From contig JAUWTO010000001.1 of the NCBI GenBank assembly GCA_030614685.1, forward strand, positions 1 through 51,695: a stretch of 51,695 nucleotides of DNA. The letters are read 5' to 3'. The notes under the pieces were generated by a model, which was given only the letters and a program-made list of their open reading frames with translations, did not search any database and was not told the origin of the DNA. The DNA comes from Candidatus Aminicenantes bacterium. Its GTDB lineage: Bacteria; Acidobacteriota; Aminicenantia; Aminicenantales; Aminicenantaceae. Positions 9,893 through 19,431 of the stretch are shown here, piece by piece (position 1 is the first letter of the stretch; the number at the start of each line of letters is the position of its first letter). Both the position numbers and the translations under genes were made by a program.

Positions 9893-11140
9893 TCATTCGT
9901 GGCGGAGACAGACCATCGGATCGGTCTTGGCCGCCTTCCTCGCCGGGAATATCCCGAAAAAAAGGCCCACGGAGACGGAGACGCCGACTCCCAGCACGAC
10001 CGACCAGGCTGTCACAGAGGCGGGAAGGGGAGTGACGGCCCTGACCAGGAGGGCGATCAGGAATCCGATCAGAACCCCCGAGACCCCTCCGAATCCGGTG
10101 AGGAACACAGCCTCGATCAGGAACTGTTTGAGGATGTCTCCCGAACGGGCCCCTATCGCTTTGCGGATGCCGATCTCGCGCGTCCTCTCCTTGACGGTGA
10201 CCAGCATGATGTTCATGACCCCGATGCCGCCCACTAAAAGACCAATGGACGAGATAACGACCATGACCATGTAGGCCGCTCCTGTCAGCTGATTATAGAG
10301 ATCGATGATCGTGTCCTGACCGAACACGGCGAAATCATTGGGTTTCCCGAATCCCACCTTCCTGCGTGCGCGCAGGAGATTGATGATCTGCTCTGTCGCT
10401 TCCTCGTAGTTGCTGCGGTCGACCGGAGCGGCAAGGATCTCGAGGTTTTCCAGGGCATAGGGGAAGTGTTTCATGAGTGTGGTGATGGGAATCCCTATGA
10501 TGTTGTCGCGGCTCTGGCCGAACATGCTTCCCCGCTTTTCCAGGATACCGACAACCCGGAATTTTTCCGCTCCAATGCGTATGTCTTTCCCGAGCGCGTT
10601 TATATGCGGAAACAGTGTTTCGTTGATATCCGCCCCCAGGACACAGATCCTGGCGCTGTGCTCGACATCCGCCTCGGTGATGAAACGTCCTTCCTGGGCA
10701 TTGTAGATCGACAGGACCTGGGGCCAGGCAGAGTTCATGCCCAGGATGATCGTATCGAGGGTCTTGGTGTTCCGGTATTTGACAGCGACGCTTTCAAAAA
10801 GATCCACCGAAAGGTCCATGGCCACCGCTTTGACCGCAGGGCATTGCGCGCGGAGGGCCTCGACATCCTCCAGTGTCAGGTCTTTCCTCTGCCTATCATC
10901 CTCCGAGAGGTGCCCGATCTGAATCCCAGGCTCGTACTTGCTGACGATGATGATGTCAGATCCTGCGGACTCCAGCTCGCTGAGAAACGTCTTGTTCAAG
11001 CCCTGGATGACCGAGACCATGGCAATAACGGTCATGACCCCGATCATGATCCCCAGCAGAGTGAGGAACGAGCGCAGCTTGTGGGACCGGATGGATTCCA
11101 CGGCCATCCGGGTGATCTCCTGTGCGATCCCCGCTCTCAT
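9893..11140 (-). CDS. ABC transporter permease, MacB/FtsX family
   Basis: 415 aa. N-terminal TM helix, large periplasmic domain and C-terminal FtsX region with the typical ERTREIGIRKAIGA motif. 4-nt overlap with the upstream paralog. Confidence 0.85.
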   Translation of the reverse strand: MRAGIAQEITRMAVESIRSHKLRSFLTLLGIMIGVMTVIAMVSVIQGLNKTFLSELESAGSDIIIVSKYEPGIQIGHLSEDDRQRKDLTLEDVEALRAQCPAVKAVAMDLSVDLFESVAVKYRNTKTLDTIILGMNSAWPQVLSIYNAQEGRFITEADVEHSARICVLGADINETLFPHINALGKDIRIGAEKFRVVGILEKRGSMFGQSRDNIIGIPITTLMKHFPYALENLEILAAPVDRSNYEEATEQIINLLRARRKVGFGKPNDFAVFGQDTIIDLYNQLTGAAYMVMVVISSIGLLVGGIGVMNIMLVTVKERTREIGIRKAIGARSGDILKQFLIEAVFLTGFGGVSGVLIGFLIALLVRAVTPLPASVTAWSVVLGVGVSVSVGLFFGIFPARKAAKTDPMVCLRHE

Positions 11141-12372
11141 AGTTCCGTCCTCAAGGCCGTAATGGGATCGAGCTTGGCCGCCTTGTTGGCAGGATACATG
11201 CCGAAGAAGAGCCCAATCGATGCAGACACGCAGATGGCCACCACGATGGAGGCCGGGTTGACACTGGAGGGCATGGAGGTGATGGCCGAGACGATCCGAG
11301 CCAGTGTGAATCCCAGGATGATGCCTATGGCCCCGCCGAATGTAGACAGGGTGGCGGACTCGACCAGAAACTGGAAGAGGATGTCGTTGCGCCTCGCGCC
11401 GATGGCCATGCGGATCCCGATCTCTCTGGTTCGCTCCGTGACCGCCACCAACATGATGTTCATGACCACGATCCCGCCCACGAGCAGGGCCAGCGAAGAA
11501 ATGGCGATCATGGCGAAATAGATGCCGGTGGTGGCGGACTTATAGATGTCGATGAATTGATCTGATGTCCGAAAGGTAAAATCGTCGGGCTCGCCGTAGG
11601 GGACATGCCGCTTGGAGCGGAGCAGCGTTCGCACCTCATCCTGGGCCAGCGCCATCTTCTCCTGAGAGACGGTGTGGATATTAATGTTGACACTCTGCCG
11701 GGTCCCGTAGAGCTTCTGGAACGTCGTGATGGGGATCCGGACGAAATTGTCCTGGCTGAAGCCCAGGAGTTTTCCCTTGGCCTCGGCCACGCCGATGATC
11801 AGGAAATTGTGGCGCCCCACCTTGAGGCGCTTGCCCAGCGGGTCCTGGTAGGGGAACAGGGTGTCCCGCACATCGGACCCGATGATGCACACATAGCGGG
11901 AGCGCTGTTCGTCCTCCTTGCGGAGGTGGTACCCACGCTCTAGCTCCATGACACTTCCGATGAGGTGGTCCTGATGGGTCACTCCATTAATGGACACGGC
12001 CTTGAGATATTGATTCCTGTATTTCACGGACCGGCCTGTAGACAAAGTGGCTCCGATAAGTTCGCAGTGTTGGCAGCGGCGCTGGAGCAGCCGCATGTCC
12101 TCGATGGTCAGGTTTTTGCGCTTCTGCTGTTTCCTCATCTCTTCGATGGAGATGCTTATCATGGAGAATTTGGCCACGGAGAAGTCGTTGGCGCCGAAAA
12201 AAGCGAACTTGGTGTACACGTAGTCGTTGAGTCCCTGGATGATAGAGACCACGGCGATGATGGTCAGAACACCGATGATGATCCCCAGGAGGGTCAAGAA
12301 ACTCCTCAGCTTATGGCCCCAGAGAGAGCCCATGGCCATGGAGATGGATTCACCGAGGTGGATGCGTGCCAT
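11137..12372 (-). CDS. ABC transporter permease, MacB/FtsX family (paralog)
   Basis: 411 aa. Same architecture; ERTREIGIRMAIGA motif. Confidence 0.85.
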   Translation of the reverse strand: MARIHLGESISMAMGSLWGHKLRSFLTLLGIIIGVLTIIAVVSIIQGLNDYVYTKFAFFGANDFSVAKFSMISISIEEMRKQQKRKNLTIEDMRLLQRRCQHCELIGATLSTGRSVKYRNQYLKAVSINGVTHQDHLIGSVMELERGYHLRKEDEQRSRYVCIIGSDVRDTLFPYQDPLGKRLKVGRHNFLIIGVAEAKGKLLGFSQDNFVRIPITTFQKLYGTRQSVNINIHTVSQEKMALAQDEVRTLLRSKRHVPYGEPDDFTFRTSDQFIDIYKSATTGIYFAMIAISSLALLVGGIVVMNIMLVAVTERTREIGIRMAIGARRNDILFQFLVESATLSTFGGAIGIILGFTLARIVSAITSMPSSVNPASIVVAICVSASIGLFFGMYPANKAAKLDPITALRTEL

Positions 12373-12638
12373 TCTGTACCCTTATTTGTCCATCCTATAT
12401 TTTACACTAACAGGTACGGGAGAGGAATAAAAAGGTTATGCCGGTTTCAGTGTCTCTGAGGAAGAATGGCAAGACGTCGATAGCCCATCCATTCGGTTGA
12501 TGATTTGAATTGAAGTATGTCTCTATGATTTGTGTGCTCACCGAAAAACCTTAAGTAAACCCTTGATATTATATGTATTACGTGAAATATCGATATTTTT
12601 TATGAATTATTCAGGTAAAATAGGGAAAGGAGGTGACG

Positions 12639-13241
12639 ATGAGTGAAAGCAGACCATCCGTCAGGGATGAGCTCGCCGTACCCTGTGTTTATTTCAAGGA
12701 GAGTGGGAAGGTGAACACACGCCGCACCCTGGAGATTGCGGCTCAGCGGGCCCGGGAACTGGATGTGGACCAGGTCCTGGTGGCCACCACAGCGGGCGAA
12801 ACCGGTCTGCAGGCGCTGGATTTCTTCCCTGGAGAAATCCTGGTGATCGTCACACATTCCACGGGTTTCGTCCGGCCCGATGCTCAGCAGCTGTCACCGG
12901 AGGTGCGTCGAAAACTGGAGGGTGCCGGGGCTCAGGTGCTGACCTGCCAGCATGCCCTGGGTGGGATCAACCGGGCGGTCCGGAGGAAGCTGAACACCTA
13001 CCAGTTGGACGAGATCATAGCCTACACCTTGCGCATCTTCGGACAGGGGACCAAGGTGGCGGTGGAGGCGGCACTGATGGCCGCGGATGCCGGCAAGCTC
13101 AGCACGGTCCGGCCCTGCATCTCCATGGGGGGAACCAGCGAAGGCGCCGACACCGCGCTGCTCCTGAAAGCGGCGCACGCGCAGGACTTCTTCGACCTTC
13201 GGATCATGGAGTTCCTGGCCAAACCGCATCTTCCCTTCTGA
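12639..13241 (+). CDS. Pyruvate kinase C-terminal (alpha/beta) domain-like protein of unknown function
   Basis: About 200 aa with recognisable PK_C-like conserved-hypothetical sequence. ATG 12639 sits 7 nt after GGAGG (the ORF opens at GTG 12633). Confidence 0.5.
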   Translation: MSESRPSVRDELAVPCVYFKESGKVNTRRTLEIAAQRARELDVDQVLVATTAGETGLQALDFFPGEILVIVTHSTGFVRPDAQQLSPEVRRKLEGAGAQVLTCQHALGGINRAVRRKLNTYQLDEIIAYTLRIFGQGTKVAVEAALMAADAGKLSTVRPCISMGGTSEGADTALLLKAAHAQDFFDLRIMEFLAKPHLPF

Positions 13242-13251
13242 GGCCTCCTTG

Positions 13252-13974
13252 ATGCTCGTCAGGCTTAACAAATACATCGCCCAGTCCGGGACGTCTTCAC
13301 GCCGCGAGGCCGACCGGCTTATAAGCGATGGAAAGGTCAGAGTCAACGGTCGGATAGTCCGGACTCTGGGGCAGAAGATCGACTCAGACAAAGATGTGGT
13401 CGAGGTGGGGGGCAGGACCATCCAGCTCCCCGTGGACAAGATCTATCTGATGCTGAACAAACCGCCCGGCTGCCTCGTGACCAGGAAGGATCCGTACCAC
13501 CGCCCCACGGTCATGGATCTTGTGCCCCCTCTGGCTTCAGGCATTTTTCCTGTCGGGCGGCTCGACCTGGACAGTGAGGGGCTGCTCCTGCTGACCAACG
13601 ACGGCGAACTGGCCCACCGGCTGATGCATCCCCGCTACGGCGCCAAGAAACTGTACAGGATCAAGGTGAAGGACAGGCCTGCACAGGCAAGCCTGGACAC
13701 GCTGAGACAAGGTATTTATATCGACGGCAAAAAGACGGCCCCGGCGCGGATAAAGCTCGTTTCTCTGGGAGCCAGTCACAGCTGGCTGGATGTGGAGATC
13801 CATGAGGGGCGGAAACGGGAGGTCCGCCGGCTGTTCGAATCCCAGGGGCATCCCGTCCTGTTGCTGAAGAGGCTGCAGTTTGCGGGACTGTCTCTGGGGA
13901 GGCTGGCTCCAGGGGCCTGGAGGGTCCTGTCGCCCACTGAGATCCGGGCACTCAAAAAACAGGTTGGGCTCTAG
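13252..13974 (+). CDS. rluB: RluB/RsuA-family pseudouridine synthase
   Basis: N-terminal S4 domain (RLNKYIAQSG.SSRREAD.LI..G.V.VNG) and catalytic GRLDLDSEGLLLLTNDG motif. ATG 13252 follows GAGG by 8 nt (the ORF opens at TTG 13249). Confidence 0.85.
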   Translation: MLVRLNKYIAQSGTSSRREADRLISDGKVRVNGRIVRTLGQKIDSDKDVVEVGGRTIQLPVDKIYLMLNKPPGCLVTRKDPYHRPTVMDLVPPLASGIFPVGRLDLDSEGLLLLTNDGELAHRLMHPRYGAKKLYRIKVKDRPAQASLDTLRQGIYIDGKKTAPARIKLVSLGASHSWLDVEIHEGRKREVRRLFESQGHPVLLLKRLQFAGLSLGRLAPGAWRVLSPTEIRALKKQVGL

Positions 13975-16403
13975 TCCTTTTTGTTCTTGTCGTTTTTCTG
14001 ATCGAAGGTCTTCCAACTGGCCGCCAAACGGTGCATCTCCTGATCCACCAGATAGTGGACGGTGTCCACCTCGAATGTCCCGTCTTTTTTCCTGCGTCCG
14101 GCCTTGACGCCGGTCAGGATCTCGATCCCCTCATCGATGGTTTTTATGGGATAGACATGGAAAAGGCCGTTCTGTACTGCCTCGATCACATCCTTGCGCA
14201 GCATCAGGTTGCCCACGTTCTGATGGGGCATGATGACGCCCTGGGTACCGGTCAGCTTCCTGGCTTTGCACACATCGAAGAAACCCTCGATCTTCTCGTT
14301 GATGCCGCCTATGGGCTGTATTTCACCCTTCTGGTTCAGCGACCCGGTGACCGCGATATCCTGGCGGAGGGGCAGCTTAGAGAGACTTGATAGGATTGCA
14401 TATACCTCGGTCGAGGAGGCACTGTCGCCGTCCACACCGGAATACGCCTGCTCAAAGGCGATCGAGGCAGAGAGCGAAAAAGGTTTGTCCTGGGCGTATT
14501 TGCCGCGCAGGTATCCACCCAGGATCAGGACCCCTTTGTTGTGGGTGCGTCCACTCAGATCCGCCTCCCTCTCGATGTTAATGACTCCCGCCCGGCCCAC
14601 AGAGGTAGCAGCCGTGATGCGTGTGGGCTTGCCAAAGGAAGCCTCCCCCTGCATATAGACCGAGAGGCCGTTGACCTGCCCCACCGTGGACCCTTTGGAG
14701 TCGATCATCAGGGTGCCTTCTTCGATCATCTCCTGGATCTTGTCTTCGATTAGGCTGACGCGCTCGAAGCGTTCCTGGATGGCTTCTTCGATGTGGACAC
14801 GGCCGACCAACTTACTGCCATCCTTGGTGGCCCAGTAGTTGCCCTCCCTGATCACATCTTCCAGGTGGTGAAACCGTGTCGAAAGTTTCTTGTGCCGGCC
14901 GGCCAGCCGGATGCTGTACTCCAGCAGGACGGCCATGCCGTACTTGTCCACGGGCAGGAGCCCGTCCTCTTCCGTGATTTTTTTGACGAAATCGGCGTAT
15001 TCCAGGAGAGTTTTCTTGGTCAAAGGGGTCACCGAGTCGAACTCGGCTTTGATCTTGAAGATCTTTTTGAAATCCTCGTCCTTGTAGAACAACAGATTGT
15101 AGAGATGGGAGTCGCCGATCATGATCACCTTCACGTTGATGTCGACGGGTTCGGGCTTGAGCCGTGCGGTGGAGAAGAGGAAGAGAGACGCGTAGTTCTG
15201 GATCTCCAGTTTCTGGTTGCGCAGCGTGCGCTTCAGGGACAGCCAGACACCCGGTTCGAGCAGAGCATCCAGGGCGCTGATGACCAGATACCCCCCATTG
15301 GCCTTGAGGAGTGATCCCGCCTTGATCTTGGTGAAGTTCGTCTGCATGAACCCGAACCGGTTCATGGTGGACTCGATCGATCCGAACAGGTTGACATAGT
15401 TGGGATTGGTCTCCATGACCACGGGGGCCTTCTTCAGGTCCGAATTGTCGATGATCAGGTTCACCTGGTACGATGTGAATGGATCGGGGGGGTCTTTGGG
15501 CTTTTGTTCCTGCATCTGGGGCCTAAACAGACCTACGTTCGTGTTGAGGTTTTCCTCCACGTGGGCGAGGTATTCCCCGATCTTGTCGAATGGGAATTTT
15601 TTTCGGATGTCATCGATGGCCTGCTTTATGATCGGCGCGAGGGAGCTGTTGTCCCAGTCCTTTAAGAGCGCCCTTGTCTTCTCTTCGGTTTCTTTCATGT
15701 GCTTGAAGACCTGCTCGAGCTTCCCGGTCAGGTCTTCGTACTTTTTATGCAGCTTTTCCAGTCCCGCCTGGGGGAATTTTTTTTCTCTGGTTTCGGCTTC
15801 CAACTTGTCGAAGGGGGTGGGCTTGCCTTCGATGATGGGGATGAGGTCAGGTTTGACAAAGGTCCCGATCTGGACTTGGATGACGGAGAAACCTTCCTTG
15901 GCGACCTCCTCTTCGAACTGTTTCAGGACCGCTTTCTGTTTGTTCTGCTGATTTTCGATAATGCGGTCCCGTTTCTCCGTGTAATAGGGGCTTTTCAGGA
16001 GTTCGGGTATGTTGATTTTGAGGATTTCGATAAGCTGTTTCATCTCTCTCTGAAACAGCGCTCCTTTTCCCCCCGGCAGTGTGATAAGGGTGGGCTCATC
16101 CGCGGCTTTGAAATTGTTCACATACAGGATGTCATCCGGCTTGAACTTGGTCTTTTCGATCTTGTCCAGGAATTTTTTAATGGTGGTGGTCCGTCCCGTA
16201 CCCAGCATCCCGGTTATGAAGATGTTGAAGCCGCGGCTCTTGATGTCCAGGCCGGTCTGGATCGATTTTAGGGCCCGTTCCTGGCCGATGATGCCTTCGC
16301 AGCTCTTGCATTCCTGGGTCGTGTCAAAGGGCAGCAGGTCAGGCTTGATTTGCTGATAGAGCTTGTCAAACGGGAGTTCTTTTGCGCGGGGAGCGTCCTT
16401 CAT
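13971..16403 (-). CDS. Lon-like S16 serine protease with a degenerate AAA-like domain and a long insertion (LonC/LonB-like)
   Basis: 810 aa. C-terminal Lon protease domain with GVDGDSASSTE (catalytic Ser) and TGSLNQKGEIQPIGGINEKIEG (Lys). The N-terminal P-loop reads GMLGTGRTT. A Lys/Glu-rich insertion of about 250 aa follows it. Confidence 0.8.
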   Translation of the reverse strand: MKDAPRAKELPFDKLYQQIKPDLLPFDTTQECKSCEGIIGQERALKSIQTGLDIKSRGFNIFITGMLGTGRTTTIKKFLDKIEKTKFKPDDILYVNNFKAADEPTLITLPGGKGALFQREMKQLIEILKINIPELLKSPYYTEKRDRIIENQQNKQKAVLKQFEEEVAKEGFSVIQVQIGTFVKPDLIPIIEGKPTPFDKLEAETREKKFPQAGLEKLHKKYEDLTGKLEQVFKHMKETEEKTRALLKDWDNSSLAPIIKQAIDDIRKKFPFDKIGEYLAHVEENLNTNVGLFRPQMQEQKPKDPPDPFTSYQVNLIIDNSDLKKAPVVMETNPNYVNLFGSIESTMNRFGFMQTNFTKIKAGSLLKANGGYLVISALDALLEPGVWLSLKRTLRNQKLEIQNYASLFLFSTARLKPEPVDINVKVIMIGDSHLYNLLFYKDEDFKKIFKIKAEFDSVTPLTKKTLLEYADFVKKITEEDGLLPVDKYGMAVLLEYSIRLAGRHKKLSTRFHHLEDVIREGNYWATKDGSKLVGRVHIEEAIQERFERVSLIEDKIQEMIEEGTLMIDSKGSTVGQVNGLSVYMQGEASFGKPTRITAATSVGRAGVINIEREADLSGRTHNKGVLILGGYLRGKYAQDKPFSLSASIAFEQAYSGVDGDSASSTEVYAILSSLSKLPLRQDIAVTGSLNQKGEIQPIGGINEKIEGFFDVCKARKLTGTQGVIMPHQNVGNLMLRKDVIEAVQNGLFHVYPIKTIDEGIEILTGVKAGRRKKDGTFEVDTVHYLVDQEMHRLAASWKTFDQKNDKNKKD

Positions 16404-16561
16404 CCCAACCTCCTTCGGGTATGACGAATTGATGAGCTAATGATTATAACAGAAAAACCTTGGAACACAAACGCCGCCGACAGGGGCAATTTGTGCGTGC
16501 AATGTGGAGAGGCATTTGTTAAGATAAGTGAACCCGAATTGAGTCTGAGGAGGGAGGACGA

Positions 16562-17686
16562 GTGAGCGACGTACGTATCGAGAAGGTCGACACCAAGAAA
16601 GACTTGAAGAGATTCATCAAGTTTCCCTGGGTGGTGTACAAGGGGGATCCCAACTGGGTCCCGCCCATGATCCTGGACGTCAAGGAGAGGCTGGACCGGG
16701 ACAAGAATCCCTTCTTCGAGCATGCGGAGATGGAGCTGTTTCTGGCGTTCAAAGACGGGGTCCTGTCAGGTCGGATCGCGGCGATTATCGATGACAATCA
16801 CAATCAGGCCCACGATGAGAAGGTGGCTTTTTTCGGGATGTACGAAAGTGTTAATGATCCGGATGTGTCCGGGGCGCTGCTCGATCGGGCAGCTGCCTGG
16901 GGACAGGAACACGGGATGAACACCCTGCGGGGGCCGATGAACCTCTCCATGAATGACGAGTGTGCGTTCCTGCTGGAGGGCTTTGATTCCCCTCCGGTCA
17001 TCATGATGACCTACAATCCTGCCTACTATCTGGATCTCATGGAGCAGGCCGGAATGGTCAAAGCCAAGGATCTCTTCGCTTTTTACATGCACAAGGATCA
17101 TGTTCTCGCCCAGAAGGTGGAGACCATCGTGAAGAGGGTGCAGAAATCCACCAACATCACACTCCGGACCGTGAATCCCAAAACCCTGGACGAGGACGTG
17201 GAGAAGATCCGGTACGTCTATAACCACGGCTGGGAGAAGAACTGGGGCTTCGTGCCCTGGACCGATCATGAACTGGATCACATGGCGGTCCAGCTGAAGC
17301 AGTTGGCGGATTGGGACATCGTCATCCTGGCGGAACACCAGGGAAAGCCGGTGGGTTTTGCCTTTGGACTTCCCAATTATAACGAGGCCCTCATCAAGAT
17401 GAATGGACGGCTTCTGCCCTTCGGCCTTCTGAAGCTCCTCTATTACAAGCGCAAGATCACGGGAATGCGGGCCGTCGTGTTCGGGATCCTGAAGGAATAC
17501 CGTATGACCGGACTCAGCTACATGCTGTACTGGAAGCTGGAGAAAAACAGCGTGGAAAAGGGCTTTACCTGGGCGGAGACTTCCTGGCAGCTGGAGGACA
17601 ACGATGCCGTCAATCACTTCGTGTCCTCCATCGGCGGAGAGGTCTACAAGAAATACCGCATCTTCGAAAGAAAGATCGAAGGCTGA
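16562..17686 (+). CDS. GNAT-like acyl-CoA N-acyltransferase-fold protein of unknown function
   Basis: 374 aa. Resembles the conserved-hypothetical N-acetyltransferase family; assignment by eye only. GTG start 4 nt after GGAGGGAGG. Confidence 0.45.
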   Translation: MSDVRIEKVDTKKDLKRFIKFPWVVYKGDPNWVPPMILDVKERLDRDKNPFFEHAEMELFLAFKDGVLSGRIAAIIDDNHNQAHDEKVAFFGMYESVNDPDVSGALLDRAAAWGQEHGMNTLRGPMNLSMNDECAFLLEGFDSPPVIMMTYNPAYYLDLMEQAGMVKAKDLFAFYMHKDHVLAQKVETIVKRVQKSTNITLRTVNPKTLDEDVEKIRYVYNHGWEKNWGFVPWTDHELDHMAVQLKQLADWDIVILAEHQGKPVGFAFGLPNYNEALIKMNGRLLPFGLLKLLYYKRKITGMRAVVFGILKEYRMTGLSYMLYWKLEKNSVEKGFTWAETSWQLEDNDAVNHFVSSIGGEVYKKYRIFERKIEG

Positions 17687-17708
17687 ACACACAGCACGAG
17701 GAGGAGCA

Positions 17709-18491
17709 ATGGCATTCAACAACCTGATCACCAAGGTCGAGAGTGGCATCGGTTGGGTCATCATAAACAGGCCGGACAAGCTCAACGCCCTGAATCGGGA
17801 AACCGTGAACGAGATGACGGAAGCATTTCAGGCGTTTCTGGGTGACGGAGAGGTCAAAGCCGTGATCCTGACAGGCTCTGGTGAGAAGGCGTTTATTGCC
17901 GGAGCAGACATCAGAGAGCTGGCCGAGTTGGATCTGGATTCCGGGAAGGACTACGTCCACAACGGCCAGGAACTGACTCAACTGATGGAAGGCTTTCCCA
18001 AACCCGTGATCGCCGCGGTCAACGGCTTCGCCCTCGGCGGCGGGACCGAGATGGCCCTGTCCTGTCATATCCGCATCGCCTCGGAAAATGCCAAGATGGG
18101 GCAGCCTGAGGTGAAGCTCGGCCTCATCCCGGGATTCGGGGGGACCCAGAGACTTTCGCGCCTGGTGGGCAAGGGCCGTGCCCTGGAGCTGATCCTGACC
18201 GGAAAGATCATCGGTTCCCAGGAGGCTCTGGAGATCGGGCTCGTGAACCGTGTGGTGCCGCAGGAAGAGCTCCTGTCGGTCTGTGAAGCCCTCGCCCGGG
18301 AGATGACGGCCAACGGGCCGCTGGCCCTCCAGTTCGGTATAGAGGCCGTAAACTCCGGTTTCGACCTCCCTATGGAGGAGGCCCTGCAACTGGAGGCAGA
18401 CCTCTTTGGGAAATGCTGCGCGACCGGGGACAGCAAGGAAGGCACCAAGGCGTTCCTGGAAAAGCGGAAGCCGGAATTTCAAGGCAAGTGA
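17709..18491 (+). CDS. Enoyl-CoA hydratase (crotonase family)
   Basis: [31 protein letters not shown] and [17 protein letters not shown] motifs. ATG 17709 is preceded by GAGGAGGAG; the ORF upstream of it overlaps the previous gene. Confidence 0.9.
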   Translation: MAFNNLITKVESGIGWVIINRPDKLNALNRETVNEMTEAFQAFLGDGEVKAVILTGSGEKAFIAGADIRELAELDLDSGKDYVHNGQELTQLMEGFPKPVIAAVNGFALGGGTEMALSCHIRIASENAKMGQPEVKLGLIPGFGGTQRLSRLVGKGRALELILTGKIIGSQEALEIGLVNRVVPQEELLSVCEALAREMTANGPLALQFGIEAVNSGFDLPMEEALQLEADLFGKCCATGDSKEGTKAFLEKRKPEFQGK

Positions 18492-18504
18492 TCGGGAGAT
18501 ACCC

Positions 18505-18975
18505 ATGAAAACATATGAAGGAAAGCTGCAGGCCAAGGGATTGAAGATCGGCATCATCCTCAGCCGCTTCAACCAGTTCATCTCCGAACGGCTGCTGGAA
18601 GGCGCCCTGGATGCGGTGCGCAAACTGGGAGGCGAAGAAGACGATCTATCCATATTCAAGGTTCCCGGGTCTTTTGAAGTGCCGGGAGTCGCTAAGAAAC
18701 TGGCGCATTCCAAGGAATTCGACGGGCTCCTGTGTCTTGGGGCCCTGATCCGCGGAGATACTCCCCACTTCGAGTATCTGAGCGCTGAGGTCACCAAGGG
18801 ACTGGCACAGATCGCCATGGAAGAGGGCGTGCCCGTTTCCTTCGGAATCCTGACCGTGGATACCATCGAACAGGGCATCGAGAGGGCTGGGACCAAGGCG
18901 GGTAACAAGGGCTACGATGCCGCGTTTGCACTGATCGAAACCATCAACCTGGAAAAGGACGCTGGTCTGAAATGA
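18505..18975 (+). CDS. ribH: 6,7-dimethyl-8-ribityllumazine synthase
   Basis: About 156 aa starting [20 protein letters not shown], with VPGSFE.P and [15 protein letters not shown] motifs. Confidence 0.9.
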   Translation: MKTYEGKLQAKGLKIGIILSRFNQFISERLLEGALDAVRKLGGEEDDLSIFKVPGSFEVPGVAKKLAHSKEFDGLLCLGALIRGDTPHFEYLSAEVTKGLAQIAMEEGVPVSFGILTVDTIEQGIERAGTKAGNKGYDAAFALIETINLEKDAGLK

Positions 18976-18990
18976 GACCTCGCTTCTCAG

Positions 18991-19431
18991 ATGGGCACTA
19001 GAAGAAACGCCCGCGAGCGAGCCCTCCAGATCCTCTTCCAGTTGGAGTTCGACGACACCCCCCCTGACCTGATCTTCCCGCCATACTGGCAGGATAAAGA
19101 CGTCATTGAGGACGAGCGCCTCCACTGCGAGAGCCTGGTCGAGGGCATCGCGTTAAACAGGACCCGGATCGATGACATCATCCAGTCTGTCTCCCAGAAC
19201 TGGCGCGTCTCCCGCATGGTCCTGGTGGACCGCAACATCCTTCGCATCGCCACCTACGAGCTTTTCTGGGGTGAGAAACTGGCGCCGGGGATCGTCATCA
19301 ACGAGGCCATCGAGATCGCCAAAAAATTCAGCGGAGAACAATCCGCCACCTTCGTCAACGGGATACTGGATGCGGTGCGCCGCAGGTCCGATGAGATCTT
19401 GAAAACGTTGAAGGAAGAAGGCCATGAGTGA
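18991..19431 (+). CDS. nusB: Transcription antitermination factor NusB
   Basis: 146 aa. RRNARERALQILFQ start and canonical ribH-nusB synteny. Confidence 0.9.
   Translation: MGTRRNARERALQILFQLEFDDTPPDLIFPPYWQDKDVIEDERLHCESLVEGIALNRTRIDDIIQSVSQNWRVSRMVLVDRNILRIATYELFWGEKLAPGIVINEAIEIAKKFSGEQSATFVNGILDAVRRRSDEILKTLKEEGHE

Noticed and set aside
12373-12632. 260-nt AT-rich divergent intergenic region examined for a small RNA, riboswitch or small ORF (for example a 19-codon ORF at 12436).
   Set aside because: No RBS at proper spacing, no recognisable riboswitch core and no convincing terminator. Most simply it holds two divergent promoters. The only notable signal is a short GATATT..AATATC inverted repeat.
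13971-16403. BrxL-type Lon-like protease marking a BREX defence system.
   Set aside because: No PglX methyltransferase, PglZ, BrxA/B/C or other defence genes lie nearby. The neighbours are housekeeping genes (rluB, crotonase, ribH). The architecture fits a LonC/LonB-like protease.
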